NCBI GenBank assembly: GCA_016125095.1
Contig: WGMK01000007.1
Location: forward strand, 265,605-329,604
Direction of reading: 5' to 3'
Length of the DNA: 64,000 bases
Origin: Candidatus Hydrogenedens sp.
GTDB lineage: Bacteria; Hydrogenedentota; Hydrogenedentia; Hydrogenedentales; JAEUWI01
Shown here: positions 1 through 10,700 of the stretch, one piece after another
How the letters are laid out: every line of letters starts with the position of its first letter
Position numbering within the stretch: position 1 is the stretch's first letter
The notes under the pieces: model-generated
The model's database searches: none
What the model saw: the letters and a program-made list of their open reading frames with translations, nothing else
Told to the model about the DNA's origin: nothing
Position numbers and translations under genes: made by a program

Positions 1-1203
1 GACAACAACTGCTTCTGCGGTCTCGATAGACGCAACGGCCGGTTCGGGCAAAGCCTCCGCCACTGTTTCTGCTACCGGCGCCGGGGCCTCCAGAACAGCG
101 GGCGCCGCGGACTCCGAATACTCCCGCATCTTGTCCATGGTGATTTGCTTGACGTCTACCTTCGCGGTCACCGCAGGCTTCTCGGCTGCGGCGGGACTCA
201 ACGAGGGCGTCTCGACCACGGCTTCCGCAGGAGCGGGGGAGGGCTCTGCGGGCTTCACGCTGGCCTCGACCGGAGCGGTCTCCACGCCGTCCGACAACAT
301 CATGACCGAGGCCCCGCCGCCGAGTATGACGGCCGCGGCGATACCGGCCGCAGCGGCGACCGGCACGTAGCGCTTCCAGTCCGACTGGCTCGGGCGCTTG
401 GGCGTGAGGTCGCGGATGACTTCCTTCACCAGCGCGGCGCGCACCGGCGTATGTCGCGCGCCGAAGGCGGATATGAGGACGTTATCGCAGGTGATGTTCA
501 GCACGCGGGGATTGCCCTTCGCGTGGGCGACAATCGCATTGATGGCATCCCCCGCGAGAATCTCGTCCGGCGAGCCGCCGGCCTGAATCAAGCGGTGGCG
601 GATATAGTCCGCGCTCTCCTGCTTGGTCAGCTGGCGCAGGTTGGCGCGCACGGCCACGCGCTGGTTGAGCTGGCGCAGGCCATGCAGGCCCAGCTTTTCT
701 TCCAGCTCCGGCTGACCCACGAGCAGTACCTGCAGCAGCTTGTCCTTGGTCGTCTCGAGGTTGGTCAGTACCCGAAGGTTTTCCAGGGTCTCGACGGGCA
801 TGTTCTGCGCTTCGTCGATCACCAGCACCACGCTCTTGTCTTTCTCGTAGAGATCGATCAGGTAGTGCCGCAGCCACTGCAGGCGGGCGAATTGCGAAAG
901 CCCGGCGGTGTCATTGCCGCACTCATGCATGATGGCTTCGAGCAACTCATCGAAACTGAGGTGCGGATCGAAGATGTAAATGGGCTGGACATCGGTGCCC
1001 TTGAGCTTCTGAATGTAGGCGCGCAGCAGGGTCGTCTTGCCCGTGCCGACTTCGCCCGTCACCACCACAAAGCCCTTCTGCTGCTGCACGCCGTACATGA
1101 CGGCAGCGAAGGCTTCCTTGTGGCAGGGGCTGGGGTAGAGGAAGTCCGGATCCGGTGTTATGTGGAACGGCTCCCGGTCCAGCCCGAAGTAGCTCAGGTA
1201 CAC
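1..1203 (-). CDS. ExeA/GspA-family AAA ATPase (type II secretion / EPS-associated), partial, runs off the window start
   Basis: Not in the ORF track because it is open at the edge. Read manually from GTG at 1203: MYLSYFGLDREPFHITPDPDFLY...VTGEVGTGKTT (Walker A)...VLVIDEAQN (Walker B)...LVGQPEL...LRQLNQR...GNPRVLNITCD, then an Ala/Pro/Glu-rich tail. Overlaps the upstream stop codon. Confidence 0.9.
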   Translation of the reverse strand, partial: MYLSYFGLDREPFHITPDPDFLYPSPCHKEAFAAVMYGVQQQKGFVVVTGEVGTGKTTLLRAYIQKLKGTDVQPIYIFDPHLSFDELLEAIMHECGNDTAGLSQFARLQWLRHYLIDLYEKDKSVVLVIDEAQNMPVETLENLRVLTNLETTKDKLLQVLLVGQPELEEKLGLHGLRQLNQRVAVRANLRQLTKQESADYIRHRLIQAGGSPDEILAGDAINAIVAHAKGNPRVLNITCDNVLISAFGARHTPVRAALVKEVIRDLTPKRPSQSDWKRYVPVAAAAGIAAAVILGGGASVMMLSDGVETAPVEASVKPAEPSPAPAEAVVETPSLSPAAAEKPAVTAKVDVKQITMDKMREYSESAAPAVLEAPAPVAETVAEALPEPAVASIETAEAVVV

Positions 1204-2753
1204 GCGTCGTAGTCCTCTTTCGACAGCGCGGCCAAGACGGGCACACCGAGGCGGCGCTCGGCCTGGTCGGTCGTGTTCAGCGAGTCATCCAGATAATCGA
1301 GCAGGAACGCCAGCAGGAGCCCCGAGAAGAGGCCCACCAGAATCCCCAGCCCGATGTTGAGCAGCTTGTTCGGATACGACGGCTCGACCGGCCTGGTCGG
1401 CTGCTGCACGATGGACAGGTTCGAGATGTTCTCGGCATCGAGCGCGGCGTTGATCTTGCTGCGCTTCACGTTGCCGCGGTAGTCGCGGTATTCCGTGGCC
1501 GCCACATCGACATTGCGCTCGAGGCGGGACAACTCGGTTTCAAGGCCGGCAAGGCGATCCAGTTCCGACTGCGCCTCTTCCAGCGTGTTGCCGAGCGAAT
1601 CGAAGGCGGCTTGCTTGGCCATATACTGCGCGCGCTCTTCGGCCACCGCGACCGAAAGGTCCTGGAACTTGGTATCGATGGCGCTCACCACCTCGGTGCG
1701 GGATTTCTCTTCGGCGTCGATGGTGGCGTTCGTGCGCGCGATTTGATCGCGCAGCATCTGCAGCGGACGGTGCGTGTCGGGATAGAGGGCCGCCATTTCG
1801 GCCTCCTGAATCTCGAGTTCAGCCACGACCTGCTTGAGGTTGTCGCGCACAGGATTCACGTTCATCGTCCGGATTTCCGTGTTGTGGCGTTCGCTAGTCT
1901 TCGCGAGCGCTTCTTCCAGCGAGGCCAGGCGCGCCTTAGAACCATCGCGCTCCGCCTTCACATTGCGCGAGTCCATGATCACCGAATTGATGCGCTCGAG
2001 CAGCGCATCCTTCTGGCTCTGCAGGTGAACAATCTTGTTCTCGACGCGGAATTGGTCCAGCTCGGCTTCGGCCGCGGCGAGCGCGGATGCCAATTCGTCG
2101 GCGCGCTGCTCGAAGAATTCCGGCCCCGCGAGCGAGGCATGGACATCGATGTGCTCAGCGAGATAAAGCTGCATCAGCTGGGTGAGCGTCTGCTGCGCGA
2201 GTTCCGCGCCGTAGGCGTCGTACTTCACGGTGAGGATGCTGGTGTTCCGCTCGACCTCGACGTCGAGGTTGTCCATCGCCATGACGATGGCCTCTTCCTG
2301 CGGCTCCAGCTTGGTCTTGAGATCCAGCGCGTAAAGCACGCCGTTTACTGCGCCACGCACGCCTTTGCGTACTTGCCGCACGATGCCCTTGATGCCGCCC
2401 GCCGCGGCGGTGTCGGCCGCCGGCATGAGCGCACTCTCGCCATGTTCCGCCAGCAGCTTTTCAAAGAGGCTGCGGTTCTTGAGAATGGCCACCTCGGACC
2501 GCACTTCAGCCTCGCGGTTGGTCAGCATGGCGGTGGTCGGACCGGAAATGGTGGGATCCACGCCCAGGCTCTCGCGGCCGAGGCGGACAAATACCTGTGC
2601 CTCGGAAGTGTAGAGCTCGGGTACGAGATAGGTGTACGCCGTTACGCCCGCCAGCACCAGCAGCGTCACCAGCAGGATTTTCCCCTTGTGGCGGAAAACC
2701 ACGTAGAGGATGTCACGCATCGAGAAGTCGAAAAGTTTAGGTGCGTTCGCCAT
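1194..2753 (-). CDS. Polysaccharide co-polymerase / chain-length determinant (Wzc/GumC-like, no fused tyrosine kinase)
   Basis: N-terminal TM helix followed by YTSEAQVFV, long coiled coil, C-terminal P-rich PTRPVEPSYPNK + TM + DDSLNTTDQAERRLGVPVL. Adjacent to Wza. Confidence 0.88.
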   Translation of the reverse strand: MANAPKLFDFSMRDILYVVFRHKGKILLVTLLVLAGVTAYTYLVPELYTSEAQVFVRLGRESLGVDPTISGPTTAMLTNREAEVRSEVAILKNRSLFEKLLAEHGESALMPAADTAAAGGIKGIVRQVRKGVRGAVNGVLYALDLKTKLEPQEEAIVMAMDNLDVEVERNTSILTVKYDAYGAELAQQTLTQLMQLYLAEHIDVHASLAGPEFFEQRADELASALAAAEAELDQFRVENKIVHLQSQKDALLERINSVIMDSRNVKAERDGSKARLASLEEALAKTSERHNTEIRTMNVNPVRDNLKQVVAELEIQEAEMAALYPDTHRPLQMLRDQIARTNATIDAEEKSRTEVVSAIDTKFQDLSVAVAEERAQYMAKQAAFDSLGNTLEEAQSELDRLAGLETELSRLERNVDVAATEYRDYRGNVKRSKINAALDAENISNLSIVQQPTRPVEPSYPNKLLNIGLGILVGLFSGLLLAFLLDYLDDSLNTTDQAERRLGVPVLAALSKEDYDACT

Positions 2754-2776
2754 GGTTATGCTCTCGCTTTCTCGCG

Positions 2777-3544
2777 CTACTGCAGCAGATTCGGCAGGTT
2801 GATGTTGTAGCTACGCGTATTCACATCCTGGCCGCCGACCTGCCGGCTCCAGACATAGGTCGGCTGGAAGTTCCGCGGAATGATGTTGTTCACGTACTGG
2901 TCGACAAACTGATTGACCTTGTCGATAGCCGTCCGCGGCACATACACGACGTCGTAAGGCTGCAGCAGCACCACGTCGCTCTCGGAATTCTTCAGCGCGT
3001 CGGTGAGGTCGTAGGTGCGGGCATACTGCTTGCCGTCCTGCGAGCGCACCAGCAACACCTGATTCAACTTGGCCGTGTTCTTGTTGTACCCGCCCGCCAT
3101 CATGATGGCCTCGAGCAGGGTCAGGCGGCCCACAATGGGCAGCATCTGCGGGGCATTCACTTCGCCCGCCACAAACACGCGCTGGCTGCCGAGGCCTTCC
3201 ACGACCACCGTGATATCGGGATCGCGGATTTTGTCGGCGTAGGCCACCAGCAGATCCTCGCGAAGCTGCTCCGGCGTCTTGCCGGCGGCATCGACTTCCC
3301 CGACCATCGCCAGCGCAATCTTCCCGTCAGGGCGGATCGTCTGGGCGATGTTCAGGTCTTTCCAATAAGTGTAAAGAATCTGCAACTCATCGCCGGGCTG
3401 CAGAAGGAGAGGCTGCTCTTTCGCCTCGGGGAAATTGGGGCTGGTTTCCGGAGAATAGGTCTGGCAACCCGGCAGCAATAGCGCAAAAAGCGCTACGGCG
3501 GACAGGCATGCCCCCAACCGGATGAGGGAATGGTACCTGCTCAT
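2777..3544 (-). CDS. wza: Polysaccharide export outer-membrane lipoprotein (Wza family)
   Basis: Lipobox LLPGC, Poly_export motif LQPGDELQI...IRPDGKIALAMVGEVDAAGKTPEQL, SLBB VFVAGEVNAP...LTLLEAIMMAGG, and LQPYDVVYVP. Confidence 0.9.
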   Translation of the reverse strand: MSRYHSLIRLGACLSAVALFALLLPGCQTYSPETSPNFPEAKEQPLLLQPGDELQILYTYWKDLNIAQTIRPDGKIALAMVGEVDAAGKTPEQLREDLLVAYADKIRDPDITVVVEGLGSQRVFVAGEVNAPQMLPIVGRLTLLEAIMMAGGYNKNTAKLNQVLLVRSQDGKQYARTYDLTDALKNSESDVVLLQPYDVVYVPRTAIDKVNQFVDQYVNNIIPRNFQPTYVWSRQVGGQDVNTRSYNINLPNLLQ

Positions 3545-3718
3545 GAACGTCGTTCTCCTTCCGGAATCATGGGGAACCGCACCCCGATGATCGCATTACG
3601 CTCGTCCCCGTCCCATCCACTCCGCGCGGAGGAACGGCAAGACCTTGCACCGCGTGGGGTTGTACATTCCCCTTGTCACTACAAATTTACCAGACTTTGC
3701 GTCAGTTTGTAAAGTAAT

Positions 3719-4957
3719 TCACAATCCAGCCCGCTGAATTGCGGGCTCAGTAGCGCTAATATTACGCTTTAAAATGCGAAAATAAAACTTTTCCAGAAGA
3801 TCAATAAGATGCTCCCAAGCAAGGACCTCTTCCGCCACCTGGCGGGCACGCTTTCCAATAGCGGCGGCTTCTTGCGGATTCCGTAGCAGCGAAACTACCG
3901 CTTCGGCCATGGCACCCGCCTCGGGCGCCGTGAGCACGCCGGCCTGATGTTCTTCGAACAGCCGTTTCACTTCGCCGACCGGATTGGATACGGTGGGACG
4001 CCCGACGCAGCAGTAGTCGCCCACCTTATTGGGCCACCGCCCGCGGTTGCTCACCTTGTCGGCGTAGGGCATGAGAAAGACATCTGCTGCCGGCAGGTAT
4101 TTTCGGAGGTCGGCGTAGGGTACCGGCCCGATCGGCATGAGCGATGTGGGGGGCACCCCGTCGGGAACGAGCCCGCGGAGGTCCTTCTTTCCCGGGCCCA
4201 CCAGCAGGAACACCGCCTCGGGAAATGCGTGCAGCACCCCGGCGAAGGCCTCTACGGCCAGTGGCAGATCGATGAGAACGTCGAGTCCGGAGAAGCAGAC
4301 AACCGGTACATCGGCCGGGATATCCAGCAATCGCCGGCTCTCCTCGCGGCTCAGGACCGGATCGAAGGCGCGCAGGTTGGCGCCGCCGGGAATCTGTACA
4401 CAGCGCTCCCGGGGTACGCCGAGATCCACGGCGCGTTCGATAAGGGCGTCACTGATAGCAGTGAGTCCATCCAGCTGATTCCGGTAGTGCTCCTCGAACC
4501 ACGTCTCAACGCCCGAGAAAAGTGCCTTGTACCAACCCGGCCGCCGTTCATCGATCAGCCCGCCGCGTCCCCACCAGTCAATCCAGTCGCTGACAATCGG
4601 AATATTGCGCGCGCGGCCATAGGCCAAAGCCGGCCAGATAACCGCAAGCCGTGTATCCAGGCAATGGATAATGTCGTACGGCTTATTCTCGGAGAACAGA
4701 AAGCGCTTCCGCTTCGAGGCGCAGTAGGGATCCCAGCCCTGCCGTAGCGCACCTACGAGCATATCCGGATTCTCAATAATCCGGAAGCCATCCACCTGCT
4801 CGACGTGTGTTCTCCAGCGTTCCGTGTCCGCGTGGCACATGACGTCCACCTCGTGCCCGCGCGCCGCCAGTTCCCGGGCCCACGGATACGCCCGAAAGTT
4901 TATTTTGAAGCGGCGGTGATTGCTGATCAGCAGGATTTTCAAGGGCAGCTGCGGCAA
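3719..4957 (-). CDS. Glycosyltransferase family 4 (GT-B)
   Basis: ELAARGHEVDV N-terminus, ADVFLMP...PNKVGDYCCVGRPTVS GT4 C-terminal motif. GGAG lies upstream of the TTG start. Confidence 0.88.
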   Translation of the reverse strand: MPQLPLKILLISNHRRFKINFRAYPWARELAARGHEVDVMCHADTERWRTHVEQVDGFRIIENPDMLVGALRQGWDPYCASKRKRFLFSENKPYDIIHCLDTRLAVIWPALAYGRARNIPIVSDWIDWWGRGGLIDERRPGWYKALFSGVETWFEEHYRNQLDGLTAISDALIERAVDLGVPRERCVQIPGGANLRAFDPVLSREESRRLLDIPADVPVVCFSGLDVLIDLPLAVEAFAGVLHAFPEAVFLLVGPGKKDLRGLVPDGVPPTSLMPIGPVPYADLRKYLPAADVFLMPYADKVSNRGRWPNKVGDYCCVGRPTVSNPVGEVKRLFEEHQAGVLTAPEAGAMAEAVVSLLRNPQEAAAIGKRARQVAEEVLAWEHLIDLLEKFYFRILKRNISATEPAIQRAGL

Positions 4958-5034
4958 GTTTTCTACTCCATATTCTCCTAGAGAATTTTAGAGCGCACCT
5001 CCCGCGAAAGCAATGACAGCCGCGCCGCAGGATC

Positions 5035-5051
5035 TTCGTCAGTCTGACGAA
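5035..5051. promoter_or_regulatory. Palindromic operator, candidate upstream activator site for a sigma-54 enhancer-binding protein
   Basis: Perfect inverted repeat TTCGTCAG-T-CTGACGAA about 110 bp upstream of the -24/-12 element. Confidence 0.55.
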
Positions 5052-5129
5052 AACGCTTTGGCGGTTTTGACAGTGAGCTGACTATTCCGCATCCCCTCAA
5101 CGTGACAGCAAGTCCCTTAAAGCATTACA

Positions 5130-5142
5130 AATCAGCAACTTA
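5130..5142 (+). promoter_or_regulatory. Candidate IHF binding site
   Basis: AATCAGCAACTTA fits WATCARNNNNTTR and lies between the palindrome and the sigma-54 element. Confidence 0.5.
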
Positions 5143-5159
5143 GCGCACACTCGAATTGT

Positions 5160-5175
5160 TGGCATGGCGGCTGCA
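5160..5175 (+). promoter_or_regulatory. Sigma-54 (RpoN) -24/-12 promoter of the GH10 gene
   Basis: TGGCATGGCGGCTGCA has the exact GG-N10-GC spacing and sits about 60 bp upstream of GGAGG-ATG. Confidence 0.7.
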
Positions 5176-5232
5176 AAGGGGTTGACGTCTCGAATGTCAC
5201 GAATTCAGAATGAGTATGCGGGAGGTTGAACC

Positions 5233-7659
5233 ATGAAAAATCTTGTTTTTTGTCTTGCCTTGATGGCCCTGACCAGCGCTTTTCCTGTTTCTGCGCTGAC
5301 CATCCAAACGAACAGCGCGTCCATTAAACAGTCCCCCAGCCACGGACACCTGGCCTGGAACGGCGAAATCGGCCAGTACATCTATGTACCGGCCGCAGGC
5401 CAGTACCGGATGACGGTGCGCGCTGCGGGCATGCTCGCGGGCGGCGTCGGACCGGACATGGCGTTCCGCGTGAATCAGGTGAGCCGCTTCACCGTACAGG
5501 TCAACCACACCGATTTCCGCTACTACAGCTACGATGTCGCACTCGAAGCGGGCGCGCATGAAATTGGCGTTGCGTTCACCAACGACGCCTACATCAACGG
5601 TGAAGACCGCAACTTGCTGCTCGACACCATTTCGGTATCGCCGATTAGCGGCGGCGGCGAGCCCTCGCTGAGCACCGAGCAGGCGTGGATCGATGGCGCC
5701 CAGGTGCGCGACGCCGCGGTGCTGTCCAAGACGAACGCCCTTATCGAGCAGAACCGCAAGGCCCCGATGCAGGTGCTGGTGGTGGACGAGGCGGGCAACG
5801 CCGTGAGCGGCGCGCAGGTGGAAGTCACCCAGGACGCCAGCGAGTTCCTGTTCGGCGCGAACTTGCACGGCTTCAACCAATACACCGGTTCGCAGAACAC
5901 CACGTACAAGCAGAAGTTCAGCGAACTCTTTAATTACGCGACGGTGCCCTTCTACTGGTCAATGATCGAGCCGGTGCAGGGCCAGCCGAACTACGCGCTA
6001 CTGGACGCGATGGTGGCTTGGGCGAAGTCGAACAACATCGACCTCAAGGGCCACGCGGTGCTGTACGGCGACACGGGCATGGTGCCCGCGTGGGCCGGCA
6101 CGCCGAGCGAATCGACGCAGCTGGCGCGCATCAATGAAGTGTTCAGCCGCTTCGGCGGCAGCATCAACAAATGGGACCTCGTGAACGAGCCGGTCAGCGC
6201 GCTGGGCTCGATGGTCTTCGCGCCGGCCTACCACTACGCCAAGTCCCTCCAGCCGAACAGCAACCTGCTGGTGAATGAATACGGCCAGTTCTACAGCGGT
6301 TTCGACGTGTTCTTCGCGAACGCCTACCAGACCCTGCGCGAGACGATGGAGCAGCAACTCGCCGCCGGTACCCCGATTGACACGGTGGGTATCCAGGCGC
6401 ATGCGCCGGTCGATACGGCTTGGCCGCTGGAGACCATCTGGAACCACCTCGACCTGTACGCTGCGCTCGGCACCGACATCCACATCACCGAGTTCATGCC
6501 CTGCTCGAACGGCGCTCCGGTGCTGGGAACGCCCTACCGCGGCACCTGGACGGAGGCCACGCAGGCCCAGTTCGCCGAAGACTTCTACCGCGTCTGCTTC
6601 GCCCATGAAGACGTGAAGGCCATCAGCTGGTGGGACTTCGCCGACACGGGCGCCTGGCTCTCGGGCGGCGGCATGCTGCGCAGCAACTTCACAACGAAGC
6701 CGGTCTATGACCGCCTGAAGAACCTGGTGAAGAACGAATGGCGCACCAATGCGGCGGGCGCGAGCGACGCGCAGGGCCGCTACCTCGTGAACGCCTTCCA
6801 CGGCGCCTACACGGTAAGCGTGACGCGCGATGGCCAGACCTACACGCAGCACCTGACGGTCAGCAAGGACGGCGACAACGTCGCGGTGGTGACGCTCCCC
6901 GGCGGTTCGACGCCAACCCCGGACACGACGGCCCCGGTGATTAGCCTCAATGGTGCTGCGAGCGTGACGATTAACCAGGGCACGAGCTACAGCGACGCGG
7001 GCGCGACGGCGACCGACAACATCGACGGCAACCTGACGGCGCAGATCTCGGTGAGCGGAACCGTGAACATGAGTGTCGCGGGTACCTATACCCTGACCTA
7101 TCGCGTGAGCGATGCCGCTGGCAACGCGGCCACCCCGGTGACCCGCACCGTGACGGTGAAGGCCGTGGACACGGTAAAGCCGGTTATCACCCTGACGGGC
7201 TCCGCGAACATGAGTGTTAACCAGGGCGGCAGCTTCAATGACCCCGGCGCAACGGCGACCGACAACGTCGATGGCAACCTGACCAGCCAGATCACGGTGA
7301 GCGGTTCGGTGAACACGGGCGTGGCCGGTACGTACACGCTGACTTACCGCGTGAGCGATGCCGCCGGCAATGCCGCCACCCCGGTGACGCGCACCGTAAC
7401 CGTGCTCGCGGGCGACACCGTGAAGCCGGTCATCACGCTCAAGGGCTCCTCGACGGTGAGCGTCCGGTGGCGCCGCAGCTTCAGCGACCCCGGCGCGACG
7501 GCGACCGACAACGTGGACGGCAATCTGACCAGCAAGATTCAGGTCTCCGGCAACGTGAACACGAGCTGGCCGGGCACCTACTACCTCTACTACAACGTGT
7601 CGGACGCGGCTGGCAATGCGGCAACGCAGGTTGTCCGCACGGTCAAGGTCACCTGGTAA
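5233..7659 (+). CDS. Secreted GH10 (endo-1,4-beta-xylanase-like) with N-terminal CBM-like domain and three DUF5011/Ig-like repeats
   Basis: Signal peptide, FTNDAYINGEDRNLLLD (CBM60-like), KGHAVLY, WDLVNEP (acid/base), VGIQAH, IHITEF (nucleophile), WWDF, and three DTxxPVIxLxG...DxGATATDNxDGNLT repeats. Confidence 0.88.
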   Translation: MKNLVFCLALMALTSAFPVSALTIQTNSASIKQSPSHGHLAWNGEIGQYIYVPAAGQYRMTVRAAGMLAGGVGPDMAFRVNQVSRFTVQVNHTDFRYYSYDVALEAGAHEIGVAFTNDAYINGEDRNLLLDTISVSPISGGGEPSLSTEQAWIDGAQVRDAAVLSKTNALIEQNRKAPMQVLVVDEAGNAVSGAQVEVTQDASEFLFGANLHGFNQYTGSQNTTYKQKFSELFNYATVPFYWSMIEPVQGQPNYALLDAMVAWAKSNNIDLKGHAVLYGDTGMVPAWAGTPSESTQLARINEVFSRFGGSINKWDLVNEPVSALGSMVFAPAYHYAKSLQPNSNLLVNEYGQFYSGFDVFFANAYQTLRETMEQQLAAGTPIDTVGIQAHAPVDTAWPLETIWNHLDLYAALGTDIHITEFMPCSNGAPVLGTPYRGTWTEATQAQFAEDFYRVCFAHEDVKAISWWDFADTGAWLSGGGMLRSNFTTKPVYDRLKNLVKNEWRTNAAGASDAQGRYLVNAFHGAYTVSVTRDGQTYTQHLTVSKDGDNVAVVTLPGGSTPTPDTTAPVISLNGAASVTINQGTSYSDAGATATDNIDGNLTAQISVSGTVNMSVAGTYTLTYRVSDAAGNAATPVTRTVTVKAVDTVKPVITLTGSANMSVNQGGSFNDPGATATDNVDGNLTSQITVSGSVNTGVAGTYTLTYRVSDAAGNAATPVTRTVTVLAGDTVKPVITLKGSSTVSVRWRRSFSDPGATATDNVDGNLTSKIQVSGNVNTSWPGTYYLYYNVSDAAGNAATQVVRTVKVTW
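6922..7656 (+). repeat. Three tandem 246-bp (82-aa) Ig-like domain repeats in the GH10 gene
   Basis: Units begin at 6922, 7168 and 7414 and share blocks such as GCGACCGACAAC and ACCCCGGTGAC. Confidence 0.9.
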
Positions 7660-7687
7660 ACGCCTCATCACGCCTCTAGGCGTACTC

Positions 7688-7739
7688 ACTCAAAAGGCGG
7701 CGGACCTACCCCTTCGGTCCGCCGCCTGAGTTTTTTTTT
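7688..7739 (+). terminator. Rho-independent terminator
   Basis: GGCGGCGGACC-loop-GGTCCGCCGCC stem followed by a 9-T run. Confidence 0.9.
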
Positions 7740-7792
7740 CGGCGTGAAAAGCATTCCAAACTGGAATGTGTTACACTTTTTGTTAGTCATCA

Positions 7793-10700
7793 ATGGCTGC
7801 ACACTGGGGGAAACGCGCTGGAATGCGCTGCTGGATTCCCATAGTTTTAGGCATCATTCTGGTTCCTGCCGCCTGGGCCGGTCCGCTGGACGGCCTGACC
7901 CTGCAGGCGGAGCTTCCGGCTGTTCAAACCAATCAGGCGACCGACCTTTCGATAGAACCGGAGGGCGGTCTCGACCCGGGCTGGACCTATGCCTGGACGT
8001 CATCCAGCGGAGCGCTAGCGGCGGACGAATCCGAAGCTACCTTCACCGCGTCGTCCCTGAGTGGATACGTCCTCATCGAGGTCGAAGTATTTGACGGTGC
8101 GAACAGCCTCGGCATTCTAAGAACGCCCCTGCTGATTTATACCCAACTGGCCATCATCAAGGCCGACGACTACGTGAGCTACAACGGCAGCGTGCCTGCG
8201 GCCTGGCAGGCCTATTTCGACGTGATGAACCGCGAGTACCGGCTCAAGCATACCGTCGGCGTGATCACGGAGTGCCTGAACAACTACACCTTCGAGACCG
8301 GCACCAATTTCACCGACGGCATGCAGGCGCTGCACGTCTCGGGGCTGGGAGAAATCTGGCACCACGGGCTTGACCACTCTGGTACCATCGACGAGGCCAA
8401 GGGGGCCGAATTGAGCTTGGCCGCGCTACCATCGCCAGTCTGGAAGGCATCGACCATCACGGAATTCTTCGGACAGCCTTACGCCTTCCAGAAGGCGCAT
8501 CTCGAGAACGGCTTGACGCTGTCGCGCGATGTGCTCGGGTTTCCGATGGTGACCTTCGGCGCGCCTTTCGGCATGAGCGACAGCACGACGATTACCGTCG
8601 TTGATGAATCCGCCGATATCGCCAATTGGTACGACGGGCTCTCGGGCACGGCCAAACGACTGTTGCCTGTAGACGGCGTGCTGGTAGAAAACCCTACGGG
8701 GTATCCGCTGCTCGAGCAGTTCAACGCGATCTATGATCCGGAACAGCCGCTGATCATCATGCAGGTGCATCCCGGTTACGAAGAGCCGGCAGGCGTGTTT
8801 CCCTTTAGCACGCGCCTCCCGGCGTGGCGTACGATGCTCGACACCGTCTTGTCGAATCAGACGGTGTTCCTGACGGCAGCCGAATACGACGCGCTGTTCG
8901 ACCAGGGGGCTTTCCCGCTGTATCCCGGTCGAGATACGGACACCGATGGCATCGAGGACTGGAACGAGGGCAACGGCGACACCGACGGCGACGGCATGCC
9001 GGATTTTCTGGACTTCGACAGCGGTGGAGCCGGACCTCGCATTCAACAGTTGGGTGTCGAGCTCGTGGCTGCGGGGCAGTATGAAATCACCTTCGAACTC
9101 GCGGACGCCGATACGGTGCATGACATCGTGGTCGAGCTGGATCAGGGCGGCGGAGCCGGGTTCGAGGCGCTGATTGAAATTAGCGGCGACCTCACGGGCC
9201 TGACCAGCGGCAATGGCTACACGATTGACTGGGACACTGCGACCGAGTTGCCGGGGGTAGAGCTTGATTACACGTCGATTCGACTGACGCCAGTTGTTTC
9301 GGTACCCGCCAGCCCCGACCGCGTACCCAGCGATGAGGCCACGTTCACGCAAGGATGCACGGACTGTGTCAGCGGCGACACAATACCCTCGTTCCAGGTC
9401 CGCCTCTCCCCCTATGAGTTGGGAACCTATGAAGTAACCAACGGCGAATTCGCCGACGTCCTGAACTATGCGCACGGCGAGGGGTACCTCACGAACCCCA
9501 GCGGTGCGGCTTATGCCGGCGGCGATGTGTACTTTGCCGGACAGAGGCTCTATGCCCTTTCCGCAAGCGGTGCGCAAATCGCATTCAGCGCAGGGATATT
9601 CAGTCCCAAGACCCGCGATACCCTGCCCATGGACGGCCATCCGGTAACTCAGGTGACCTGGTATGGGGCGGCGGCCTATTGCAATTGGTTGAGCGAACAG
9701 GCGGGACTCGAGTCCAACTACGACCCCGACGATCTCTGGCGGGCGGCTTACCCGCCCGCGAATGGATTTCGTCTGCCTAGCGAAGCGGAGTGGGAGCACG
9801 CCGCCGGATGGGTGGACGTCGATGGCGCCTTCGGCTTTCCAACCAGCACCGACACGCTGTCGACCCAGCAGGCGAACTACAGTTCGTCCAATCCGCTGAG
9901 CCTGACCAACGCGCCCTTCACCACGCCGGGCGGTTACTACGACGGTAACAATGGCACGACCGACAGCCCGAGTCCCTTAGGTGCTTACGACATGGCAGGC
10001 AACGCGGCCGAATGGTGCGCCGACCGATACGACGCGTACTTCGAATATTCCGCGACCGATCCGATAGGTTCCTACACAGGACCGCGCCGCGTGGTGCGCG
10101 GCGGTGCCTGGGCCGACACCGATGCTGCATGCGAAACGACCGCGCGCGAGTCGGCGCTGGGCAGCACGGCCAGCAATCGTATCGGCTTCCGTATCGCCCG
10201 CTCTGTACGGAACGGAGACCGGACGACATCAGGAATATCGATCGACAACGTCCCGCCGCAGGTAACCGCCATGGCGCTGGAATCGCCGGTCAGCGAGAGC
10301 GACCTTACGATGCGCTTCACCGTGACGTTTTCCGAGCCGGTGGAAGGGCTCGTGCTGGGCGACTTTGACCTCACCGCCAACGGAATCGTGGTCATTCCTC
10401 CGGCCCTCACGTCGTTGGAGGGAAGCGGCGACGCCTATGTACTTGAAGCCACCACGGGGACCATGCAGGGCTCAATCGACCTCGAACTGATTCCCTCTGC
10501 CGCGGCGACCGATGAGGGGCTCAATCCGATCGACGCCTACACAGAAACAGCGATAGCGACGCTGAATACGCTGGCTCCCGCAGTGACTTCGCTCGAACTG
10601 GTCGGAAGTCCGCCCGACAACGCGGACACCCTGGTCTTTAGTGTCATGTTCAGCGGGCTGGTGGTAGCGGTCGTGCCCGACGACTTCACGCTGCAACTCG

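Noticed and set aside
145-2810. Long + strand ORFs 145-1212 and 1155-2810, and similar long antisense ORFs (5998-7689, 16701-18461, 19393-21009, 38857-40599, 41883-43436, 48313-50199)
   Set aside because: Shadow frames of motif-rich genes in high-GC DNA, with no recognisable motifs of their own.
3636-3653. Sigma-54 promoter for wza (minus strand CGGTGCAAGGTCTTGCC)
   Set aside because: The spacing is GG-N11-GC, not the required N10.
6922-7656. 246-bp repeats as a mobile or array element
   Set aside because: They are in-frame Ig-like domain repeats within the GH10 gene.
9380-10210. FGE/C-type-lectin domain as a diversity-generating retroelement target
   Set aside because: No reverse transcriptase and no template repeat of the RIGFRIAR region seen in the window, and the domain is internal.
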